From NCBI GenBank assembly GCA_039621445.1, contig CP154954.1, positions 23,820,954 to 23,884,953 on the forward strand: 64,000 nucleotides of DNA, given 5' to 3'. Source of the stretch: Euglena gracilis (taxonomy: Eukaryota). A program made the position numbers and the translations under genes. Shown here one piece after another: positions 1 to 12,000 of this stretch (positions are counted from its first letter, which is position 1; every line of letters begins with the position of its first letter). The notes beneath the pieces were generated by a model. That model was not told where the DNA came from, ran no database searches, and worked only from the letters and a program-made list of their open reading frames with translations.

Positions 1-3000
1 GTCTGAGGTAGCAATGGGGTTGGGTTTCTCTTTCCTACCACTCATCTCTATTCAAGTCCGCCAAACTTTCGACTTGTGGGGCCCGCTCAGCAAAAATGCG
101 TGCTCGTGCGCAGTGGTTGTGCCGCCTGGCACGTACAAACACATGAGCCGAGTTGAAGCTGACCTCAAAAGGCAACACAACTTAGAGCAATATGCGAACA
201 AGTCTGAAATGTGTCCAAAGAAATGCAAATGATGTCTTCACAAACGGATATGAACCACTGTCATAAATGAAATATTGAAAGAATTGTTCATAATAACAAA
301 GACGGGCCAACTCATTTCCCAAAGCATGAGCATGTCTCAAACATGCAAAAAAAAATAGATAATATACATACAAAAAACATACAAAAATGGGTAAAGCCCA
401 GATTCTTCAACAATAAAGACAGTCAGTGCCAGCTCGCGACCAGCTATCATCATGTTTCCGAGCGAGGTGCATTTCCTGGAATCCACTCCGCTTGTACACG
501 CTGTCGAAATATGGGATGTTGTACGACGCCCAGTACCCCCTCTGGTTCACGATGGACGTCATGTCTGCCACTTCCAGCAGACCTGGGGTCTGCTCCGGGG
601 GCAGAGCACCGGAAACCAACACGAGGAATGAAATTTCTGCACGATTTTTGTTTCCTGACAGAAAAGACAAATGCAACCAGTGAATGAATGGTGCTTTGAA
701 GACAGCCACCATGGGCGTACTTGAACTTTCTGGAGTCCAGATTTGTCCCCAGTGTTCAGCATCTGCAGGAGCAGCCAAGCAAATTGCACGCCTCTGCTGT
801 TGAGTGACCTTTACAGAAAAAAGTCCGGAGAGAAATCAAAGCTGGCTGCCGCGCCAGGGCCCTGGGCACCACGATGAGGCCCCCCTCCTGGAGGCCCACC
901 CCCGGCGCGAACTGTGCCAGGTCCAGCACCATCCACTGGTTGTTGTATGTGCCGCTGTTCAACATCGAGAACGGTGGCCGGGGGGGCCCGGGGACTTGGG
1001 AGGTTCCGACGGGGGCGTCGCCGTATTACGGAGGAGGTCCAGCACAGAGGCTTGAAAATGGGGCTGGCAGAACGAAGCTGGCGGCTGGCTAACCGCCCCC
1101 CACCAGTATCCCTGAGACAGTGAGAGCTGGAATGGGTCAAACCTGACACACAAAATTGAGACTGCAAAAAAAAGCAGAGCAAAAAAGCAGCCAGGCTTTA
1201 ATCTGTGAAGGCCATCCCATGTAATTTTAGCCCATTATGGCACCTTCAAAATCGAAAAAAAAGAATTCAGGGACAGAACCCAAACCCAGCGGGGAAAGGA
1301 CATTCATGCTCCCTGGGTTCACTGCCGACCTTATGTCGGGGCGCCGAATGGCTGAGAGCCTTGAAACACTGGCATCGGCGGACACTTTGGAGGACAGGTC
1401 CAAGAGGAGGTCACCAGCTGCACCAGACAGGTTGAGGATCCGTGGGAGTGGGAGGTTTATACCCCCATCACCCCCCTGGGGAGAAACCCAAGTGTTTCCT
1501 AAATCCGGGGACATGTAGTGCATACGGTCAGAAACGATGGCAATGGGTGGTCAACAGCGCATAAAATGAAAAATAGGGGTCAACCCCCCCCTTTAAGGGG
1601 TACCGAATCAGCCCAATCCCGGCCCGTTAAAGATGGGGATGAGCCAGACCACCCTCAGCCCCCTCCCCACAGGGTCCAACCTGGAGCGGAGCCAGAGGAG
1701 GAAAACAATCATGTTATCAGACGTTGCCCGGACACTGAAAAAAATGGAAAAAAAACGGGGCGGACAAGACAAAAATAAAAGGGGGAACCTTGGAAACGAG
1801 GAGGAAAAGGGGGAACCTTGCATGAAGGTTCCCCGCACGTCCGAGGTGGAGGGAACGGAGTCGAATGGTGGCGCATTGGCGGCCCTTTGGGGACGGAGGG
1901 CCGCCCCGGGCAGTTGAGCCCACTGCGTCGCGGAGCTGGCGAGCACATTGGCGGCGTAGGCCGACAGCAGAGGGTTGCGGAGGCCCCAGAGGGGCAGAGG
2001 AGGGGGGGGGGGGCACAGCTTGTGGCAGCTGACGATGGGAGGGAAGAGAATACGAGAGCCAGGTGTGGTGGCGGTCAAGGGCTGTTCGGGAGGCCCGCCC
2101 GGTGGGTGGCTGTCGGCAGCCCTGCCTGGAAGGGGTAGCCAAACCCCCCCACCGAGGTATTAAATGAGTGGGGGGAGGGGGTCTGGACCCCCCTCCCCCT
2201 GTGCAAGAAATCTTTGGGCCTTGAAAAAAGCCCCAAGACACATTTTTGCACAGTTTTTTTTATTAAAAAAAATCCCCAAAACAGACACCAAAAAATTCAG
2301 CTTCTTTGGTGCAAAGTGCATGGAGAATTCTTTTAGAGTTCTAGAGGGTGTCCCAGACACCCCCTCGGTCTGAAGAGGGGGAGGGGTCTGCACCCCTCGC
2401 CCTCCCCCGCAAACCAACGCGCACTTAATACCCTGCTCCCCACCAACCACAGCAGTTTCCAGGATTCTCCTTCAGCCCCGGGGGCTGCGTCCTTCCATGC
2501 ACCATCAAAGGCGGTCATCCTGCACCAACTCAGGTTCGATATCAGAGCAGGTGGAGGGGGTCAGACCCCCCCCCCCACACCTAAACTGCGATGCAGTCAG
2601 GGAGACCGAAATGTTTTGCTTCCAAAAATCAGCTGGAAATGCCATTTTGGTTTCTTTTTGGGTAAAAAAAAATTGGCAAGAAAAGCAAAAAAATTCGGCG
2701 CAAAGCGGCAGAAGGAAAAACCTGATCTTTGGGTAGGGGGTCCCGGGTTCGGTCTGGACCTTGTTGGGTGGGAGGGGGTGGTGCAGAACCCCCCTTGTAG
2801 TCCAGGGGAGGGGGGACCCGACCCCCTCTACCCTCACCCGGGCCCTCCCTCCTCCTCTCTGGATCATTGTGACAAACCACCCCACCTTCCCTCCTGAAGC
2901 CCGGCCTGGACGAAACACTCTGGGCCGCATCCAGGCGAGGATGGACTTCGGCGTGATGAGGGCGTAGAGGCCCGGGCGGTACATCCCGTTGGTGGTCTCC

Positions 3001-6000
3001 ATCACCGCCAGCCGGCTGTCCAGCAGGTGTGGGGAGGGGCTGGCCAGGGGGGGGAGGTCCACGTACCAAAGTGCCTCACCCCCCCTCACCCTACACCCTG
3101 GGGGACTCGTCTGCAGGTGAGCGATCGGATGGCAGTGGGGAGGTCGGGCTGCTTTTGAAGACCTCGGGAGGGGGATCCTCCCATCCACCCAACCTCGTGC
3201 AGATCCCCCAACACTGGGCTATCTTGAGGCGTTTTCCAAAACAGTTAAAGTGATTCGTTTGGAGGTGTGGTAGTGGAAACGGCGGCAGCTTTACATGGAT
3301 TGCGTGGCAGCTTTGCATTCGACTTCATCAGCCAAAATGTCTTCACCAAGGCAGGAAGACTTACCAAGACTTACAACCTTACCAAGACAGCCGTCTTTCC
3401 TGCTGGAGGGAGGGACTGCTGCCATTTCCCTGCTGCCATGGCCCACCGCCCTCAGCCGGGCCCTCAGCACCAGTCGTCGGCGGAAGTCAGGTAGCCCGGG
3501 CTGGAGGAGAAGGACACCTGCCGCTGCGTCGCCCCCCGGGCCCAGCTGTCGGAGGGGACGGCGTCCAGGGGGATGGGGAGGTCGGCGGGCACGTTGGCGC
3601 CACTGTGGGGGGGGGGGTGCAGGGTTTGATTGAGGACAGGTGCCCCCCGTCCAGGAGGACCCCCCTCCTCTACCATATTAAACGCCGGTGGTAAACAAAT
3701 ATGTGGCGAGCTTCATATCTTTCCCTCAAAAAAAAAGGATGGAACGTTTGGTTTTGGCGCAACGCAAGGTGTGAAAACGTATCCCCCAAACCCAATGAAC
3801 ACATTTGACAATCTAGACGGTCCGGCTGTGGAACATTCTTTGGGAATAGGTTGTATGGGAATTTGCATACAACTTGCGACTGGCAACGACTTGGACGGTC
3901 TGGACGCCCGCTGCTCATTGGGCATGGGTGTTCACTGGGCTTAGGGGGAGGTACCACGTTTTTTTTGCAAACTCTCAACGGCAATATAATTGATCCAGCT
4001 TCCAATGACAGGAGGAGGCGCCGCCGGGGGCATAATGCTTGAAGATGCGGTTCATGGCGCTGTACTCGTCCCACGTGGTAGGGCCAGGACTCGGCACCCA
4101 GAACCATTGTCCACGCTACTGCAGGGGGGGAACGCAACAAAAAAACCCTCAAAAATGCGACTCAAAAAGAACACAAAAAAAAACGAAAAAAAAACACAAA
4201 AAAAGAAACATAAAAAAAACACAAAAAAACACATTTTGCATTTTTTCTCCCCCCTGCTCTACTGCCACCAGCACAGACCCCGCCCTGCCCACAGCTCGTG
4301 GGGGTAGGGGTCAACCTCCCCTCTCCACCACAAGTGAATATCAAAAATCATTTGATGTGAAAGCAAAATTTGACACTCAGGGGTCTGACCTGTTGCACAC
4401 ACTGCCCCTGGCTCATTCCCCCCGCACCGCTCGTGGACCCCCAGGGTGTAGTCAACATGTAGTCAACCCTCAAAGTTGCATCCTCACCTGTTGGGTTCAA
4501 CCTGCCCCCCCCCTTTCAAGCCATTTAGCCAGGCGGCTCGTTCGTTGGAGTCAGGTGCCTGGCAGCCATGGGGTGGCGGTGCCTGGGGGTGGCCCCAGAG
4601 CAGGTCTTGGCGGTCGGAGGTCAGCCGGATGAGGGCGGAGCAGCGCAGGCTCTTCACCGCCTCCCCGCCAAAACCCTGCCCTCCAACCCGCAAAATGGCG
4701 TTGGTCGTCGCCCAAAGCACACACCCACCGAGAGAGTCAGCCGGAGAGGGGAAGGGGCACTTCTTTCGACGCCAAACCCCACCCCACCCCACCACGTTTT
4801 TCCAGGGGAAAGCCTTCCCTCGGGGCAGGGGCTTGTTCTTGGTATGGCATATGCGACCGCTGGGTCGCTTGGGTTGCGTGTCGCTTGTGCCGGACGGTGC
4901 CGTTCACGGCGGGGACCGGTGTCACGGTGATCTCTGGGACCCTGACGCCCATCCGACGTCAAAAGTGTGAGGCAACGTATATATACATATATGTACATAT
5001 ATATATACACACATATGTATGTATGCACACATACAATCATATATATGTATACACACATAAACCCCCCCACTTACAAACCCCCGGGGTTTATAGGATCCGG
5101 TTTGGTTGGTCGGCCGAAGGGGGGGGTTTATAGGTGGGGGGGGGGGTATAAGGTCTGGAATTGTTGGTGAAATTCCGACCCCCCAAAATGACCATGAAAC
5201 CCCCCCAAATTGGCAATTATCGGCAAATTTGGTCAAAAATGGCATTTTTGATGATGGTCGGTCTCAAAAAATTGCCAAAAAAATCAGTTTTTGGGTGGTT
5301 TGGTGGCCGGAAAAATCGTCCCCGGCGGCTTTCATTTTTCTTCCCCAGGGGGGGGGTTATAGGATCCGGTTTGGTTTGGTTGGTCGGCCCGAGGGGGGGT
5401 TTATAAGTGCAGGGGGTTTATAAATGGGGGGGGGGTTATAAGTGGGGGGTGGTGTTTATATACATATATGTGCACACAATAATTAACATATAATATGCAG
5501 ATGAATGAAAAAAATGAATTTGCAGAATAGACAACTGCGGGAACCTTTTCCGATTAAATACTTGATTCTGACAAAAAGAAGTTCGGCTTGTGACTCATTG
5601 TTTTGGACTCTCAGCCCCCCCCCCCCATCTGGGAACCAGCATCAAATGCCACAAAATGGGAAAAATTTGCAACAACGGAAAAACAGAGCCCATCAGACGG
5701 TCACCGTGGACAGGTCAATTAAGTCACCGTCTGCATTGAGTAGAAAAAGCTCTGCCTCGGAAAGCCACTCTTGTGGGCTGGCGAAGTCCTGGTAGCCGGC
5801 CACCAGCCCGTCGAACTGGGCTGCGGCCAGGCACCCCTCTGCTCCGTCACTCAGCTTCATCATCCAATCTGTATGTGTCAGCCGTTCCGTTATGGAAAAT
5901 GTTGATTTCAACAATACATTTTTAATGTATTATTTATCTTCAGTAATCATTTCAGTATTTTGAGTAAAATATAATAATATAATAATTTCAAAATATTTCA

Positions 6001-9000
6001 ACACTGCGCATTATCTCCAACTTCTGCTGCTCGATCTCACACCGGAGGTGGACACCGCGTGGCTCAGACACCCGCACACAGGAACAGCGGCCAGCCTAGG
6101 AGAGCCGGGGGCAGGATGCCGCCGACCACCTGCCAGTACTGCGGCGGTGGGCCGCTCTGCGACGTTTTGGGCGTCGTCCGGTGGGCGACCTCCTGGCGGA
6201 TCCACGCCAGGTTTCGGCCACGGAGGGGTGGGGCCCCGGCCAGCAGGGCGCTCCCTGAGGGGTGGTCCTTGACGGAAAACAAAAAGAATCCCGGCCTGTA
6301 TGGACCACCCTGCCAGCCAGGGGATCTCGGTGGACCTTGGGAGGAGGGGGATTTGTGCCTCTTCTTCCGCCCAATTTTTCCGAAACAGGTCCCAAGCATC
6401 ATCATCAGCATCATCATCAGCATCTTTTGGGCCGGTTTGGGTTTGTGGTTGTTGTTCAAAAAACATTCCCTTGGGGTTGTGGAGAATATTTCCTTCAATG
6501 AACCCCATTTTGGTCACCAACGCCCTCCAGGCGGCTCACACCCTGGGAGGGAGGGGCCAATACTTGACGGAAAGCCCCCCCCCCCGCCCCCCCCGGAGGT
6601 GGGGTCTGGGGGGTTTCCCGCCAGTTGCTGGGCTGGTTCTGGTTGGCACTCAACAACGGAGAAAGAAATGAAATCCAGCGGGGTTGGAATTCTTCGGGAA
6701 AAAATATTCAGGGGAAAGGGCTACAACTCCTCCCCTGGTCCCCGGCTGACTCCTGGAGCAGCTCGAGTTTCGCGTTGCGCGATCAACTCGCTGTGCTGGA
6801 CTGGGGAGGCATTCACGTTCGGAATCACTGCAACCCGTGCCTCGGGGGCCCGGCCACCCCTCCCTGGGCGTCGGCAAAAAAGCGGGCCAGCTTGGGGGGG
6901 ACGACGCGGTTGGGGAAGAACGTCTCCAGCGTGTTCCAGTAGTGCTCGTAGATGCGCCGGTGTGTCACCGCCCCTTCGGGGACCGGGGGGCCTGGGGTTG
7001 TGTGCGCTGCGCGATGGACCAACCACCCAGCTGGTTAATGACAATTTGTGTGTTTGTACGTATGTGTGTGCCATACGTGTCAGATGTGCGTTGTTACGGG
7101 GAGAGTCTGGGCCCAATAAATAAATATTCAACTGCCATTCTTGAACCATGGAAACTGAAATGCCACCGTTCAAACCATGGCATTTCTCAAAAACTTCACG
7201 TTACCAAATCTGCCACCATTCAGGGGGAGTGGGTTGCTGTTTGCCAGCGATTCTCTTCCTGAGCCTCCCGGGGTGGCGTACCCAGCTGCGAACATGCTCC
7301 GGCGGTAGCTTGCGTAGGACGGTTCATGGGGCACCGCTCGGACCCACAGCTCCCATCAGAGGTTTTTGTCGACTTCGCTGAGAAATAATCTGGGATTACC
7401 CTGGCCCCCTAAATTATCTTCACACAGAACTCTGGTGTGGGATCTGGTGTGGGGGATGCCCCATGATGTTCCGCAAGCAAAACTAAACCCAGAAGTGGTC
7501 TCCCACACCTGACATTTCGCACTGGAGGCGGCCGACCCCCCCCCACTGGTATCAGCACCCTGGTGGGAGGTTGCCGCACAGGGCCGTGCCAAACAACTCA
7601 GTTTACAAGGCGGAGGCACAACGAAAGAGAGACACACACCCTGCTCCGGCGGCATCCACTTGTGCAACGCGATGCCCCTGAAATTGCCAACGAAAAGGCC
7701 GCCAGTGCACTGTGGGGATTGCCCTGCCCCGATGCTGGGTGGCCCTGGGTTCTGGAGTGCGAGACACAACTGCCCACCTCACGGAGAATGCACACCTGCG
7801 CACCCACACCCCCACGGAATGCGCAGGTGCGCACTCTCGTGGATACCCAGCGCTCCTCCCCCCTCCCCACTACTCTCTGAAAGATTACTCCAAGCACACA
7901 CTAAACACTTGCCAGCGCCCCCTTGTGTGCCTCCCCCCCCCCCCGCTTCCAGCACAGGACCTCCCCTCCACTCTAACCGTATGGACCACCGTGCCCGCTT
8001 CCCACAGCCACCCCCGGGAGCTGCACTTACCGTATAAAACTTCAAGAAAAAGCCGGGACGGGGAGGAGGTTGAATGCGCACCTGCGCATTCACTGGGCAC
8101 CACAGAACAGGGGGACAAAGGGGTGGCAGGTACAAAGGTTCCACTTGATGTTCGTCCCCATAAGACAGCGTTACAGTGTTACAGACAGTGTTGCACTCTT
8201 TCCATCATCATTATCAGAGTCATTATCCCTTCTCCTCATCTATTTTATTCATGATGAAAAAGTCTGTGGAATTGGAGAACAGGTTGCTGGCGTTGGACAA
8301 GCTGGCATGCTGCACAACCTTAGATGGCTGGGAATGCACTATTCATTTTTGGTGTTTTTTTGCGCACCTTCACATTCTTTTTCGTCGCCATCACTTTGCA
8401 GGGCGGAACACCCGACAGGTGAAACCCGTGGTACCAAATGGGTGTCACTAATTTTTCAACCCCCATGCTTTCTTTCTGCGTAAACCAACTTTTTTCGTTT
8501 TGAAAATGGTGGTTTACCACCTCTGCGAACCAGGGAAAGAACCCCATCTTCCGAATTCGGTGAGGGTAGAGAGGAGAGAAAAAGACAGAGTGTAGCAGAG
8601 AGCAAGCGCAAGGAGGAGAGTGCTCATCAACTGTTGTCCATGCTTGTTTTCCCCTTTCAGGGAGAACTTGATCCTTGATGGAAAAGCCATTTTCAGAGGG
8701 ACACATTCATAAACGGGAGAAAGTGAAATTCACAATCATTCCTGGTGGTTTGTGGTGATTCGTGATTACTCGTGATTATCTCTGAAATTGGGAAATCCCC
8801 AAATTTGTGATGGTTCGTGAGTATTTGTGAAAGGGGCACCTCCAATCGTTCAAAAACGAGCTCCAATTCCATAAACTTGGGGCTGGGGCGTTCTTTTTGT
8901 GCTCTTGTGCTTTTGGGAATCGTTCCCAAACTGCGAAATTTGAAAAAGGAAGATTGGCAAAAACTTTGAACAAAGCAAGTTTTTCTGACTTTTCGTCAGT

Positions 9001-12000
9001 GAAATCTGATCCGTGGGGGAACAGAAAACCAGCAGGACAATCCTCACTTGTGTTGCCTAATTGTTCCCTTTTTGATACCCCGCCAGGAGGTACTAAGAAC
9101 TCTTAAACAGAAGCCTGCCCCAGTGAGCAGGCCAATCCAATTCTATTGGTGTGGCTGGTGACAATTCAAAAATCCTAAGGAAGAAACTTGTCCAAGATTT
9201 TTTTATAATTTCTATTATTTTTTCCCCAAAAAATATGTCTGTGTGTGTCTGGGTGGTAATGCCCCATTTTTCTCCCGATGCTGAGGTGAGAACCACTCAC
9301 GTGGGTCAACATTTGCAATGATGACTGTATGGTAGATATTGTAACTCATATTTAACAATAAATATGATACTTTTTTGAACAAAGGTCCGTATATATTCCT
9401 TGAGCATTACAGTCGTCCACCCAGATCAACAGAATATGTATGACGACCTTCTGGCCCCTTTTTGACCATTTGCCATTGTCCAAAGGGAAATAAAATGTGC
9501 CACGTTGAAGAAACTGTTCTCCTCTGGACCCCTGATGCAAAACAGAACCCGCCAGCTGAGTACAAATTGGATGTCGCCCCCTCCCCGAAACTGAGACAAG
9601 TTTTGCTTTTGAGCTGGAAAAAAAATCTTTTTTATTGTTTCGATCAAAAAATCTCTGGCTCCGACCAGCCAGAGACCTGCAGGCTGTCGTTGAACATGAC
9701 GCAGGCGGTTGCCTTGGCCTCGTCGCAGCCACCATAACAGGCAGGCCCACCATTCAAAGGGATGGGGGACTCCCAAGGGTTCGAGACAAGGACAGGGATG
9801 GGACTCCCCCCTCCTGTACGGCGCAGTCTGGGCCGAAAAACTTTACCCCCCTCCCCAAATCAAAAATGCCATTTTCGGGCGCTTTTCGGGCAAAAAAAAA
9901 TGCCAAAAAATGCTCAAGGTTCTAGAAGGGAAATTCGACCTTTTTTAAGGGGGGTTCCCAGGCAGCCCTCCCCCCCCCCCCCGGGGCCCCCGAACCCCCC
10001 TTGTCAGGTGGGTTCAGGGGGTGTTAAAGATGATCGCTAATTTGCATCGCATGTGAATATGTTGCAAATAACTCTAACTGCTTCGAGGGAACAAAAAAAA
10101 TGGTTTCAGATCAATTGTGTGAAACGAAGACATCATCTGGTGTCTTTGTTTTGACTTCCAGCGTTGCAACTGCCATTTGTGCAAAGAATGGAGGATTCAC
10201 GTTGTGTTCGTCCTTGTTGTTCCTTTTAACTCGAATAAATTTGTCGCAGCTTGTGCAAATGCGGTCTTCTTTTACTCGGCATCCACGCTCACGGGGATGC
10301 TGGAAGTAAGAGGCAACAATAATGGCTTCCAGTGGAGTGCTAGAAATGGCCGTAGAACAAAGCCGGCAGCGACCTTCCCCTGCAGTGGCAAACGGTGACC
10401 TATCCAGAGACCTCCTGCCAGCGGAGGCTGCGCGAGACGAACACCGCCGCCTCTGTGAACTGCGCCGGCTCTTCCTTCCTTTGAGGCGCCCGGGCCTGAT
10501 GACGAAAGAAAGAAGTGAGTGCAAATACACTCAGTGTGGTGTTGCCCATTCGGAGGGGGGGGGGCTGCTCGATTTCTGCTTCGTGCACAAAGAGGACACA
10601 ATTTCCCCCATTCTTCCCCCAAATACGCCCAAGACATAACTCAGCGAAACGAATTTAAATCAGCACTTCCGCAACCATATGATTCGACTGCAAAAAGATA
10701 AAGGGACCGAAATCATTACAAAAACCAGTGACTCACTTTCTTCAGAAAACCAGAGCCTGAAAAAACCAGTCACCCCTCCAGGGGGGACAAAGTGATCGCA
10801 TGACCAATGGCGATGTCAGTCAATGTAAACCCTCCCCCCCCCCCCACTTATAAACCCCCCGGGGTTTGTAGGATCCGGTTTGGTTGGTCGGCCGAAGAGG
10901 GGGGGGGATTTATAGGTCGGGGGGGGTCGCTGAGCTTATCCCTTTATGGGTAAGAGCGAAGCTTACACCCGGCGAAACCCCCCCCCCCGACCCCCCCCCC
11001 CCCCCCCCCCCCCCGGGTCGGGGCCACCAGGAGAACCGACGGATTATCACCATGATCCCGGCCCCGTTCCCGGAATTTTTTTTCAGTCGCGAGCGACTGG
11101 ATTTCTAGTTTCCGAATCACCTGGGTTTGACCCCCAACTCCCCGCCAGGCCCGAGTTATTCACGCGCGAAGGGGTCCAAACTGGGTAGGATTTACCCGCC
11201 CCCCCCTGGATAAGCCCCCCCCCCCTTTGGACTCTGCCATTTCGGCCAAAAAAATGTCAAATTTCAAAATATCTCCAAAATGAAGCCAAATCAAAGGAAA
11301 TGTCCGGAGACCTAATTTGAAGCCCTTGGAACGCCCCATCTACTGGTATTTTGATTTCCCCGCAACTCCCCGGCCCAGCCCGAGATACGGCCGTTTTCGG
11401 CGCAGATGGCCGTTTTGTGCACTTTTCCCTCTGTTCGACTAAGCCGTTTTTGGGGGGTGGGGGGTCAAAAAATCGATGTTTTCAAAATTTCTCGAAAATG
11501 ATGCAAAATCAAAGGAAATGTACAGAGACCTAAATTGAAGCCCTTGGAACGCTCTATCTACTGGGATTTTGGTTTCCCCGCAACTCCCCGCCCAGCCCGA
11601 GATACGGGCTTTTTTTGGCCAATTTAGGCCATCTTAGGCCATTTTGTACACTTTTTCCACTGTTCGACTTAGCCATTTTCGGCCAAAAAAGTCGAAAAAA
11701 ATCGAAAAACTTTTTTTTGCCCGAAACGATGTTTTTTGGCCTCCCGGACCCGGAAAAACTGTTTTTGAGCCGAAAACGAGCGTTTTTCGACCCGCCGACG
11801 CCCCGTTTTGGGCCGCCGACCCATTGACTTTGGGTCAAACCCAATTCAAAAAAGTCGAAAAAAATCGAAAAATTTTTTTTGCCCGAAACGATGTTTTTTT
11901 GCCTCCCGGACCCAGAAAAACTGTTTTTGAGCCGAAAACGAGCGTTTTTCGACCCGCCGGCGCCCCGTTTTGGGCCGCCGACCCATTGACTTTGGGTCAA

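Noticed and set aside
6059-7123. 354-aa plus-strand ORF
   Set aside because: It is antisense to PLB exons and introns, has low-complexity composition and shows no domain.
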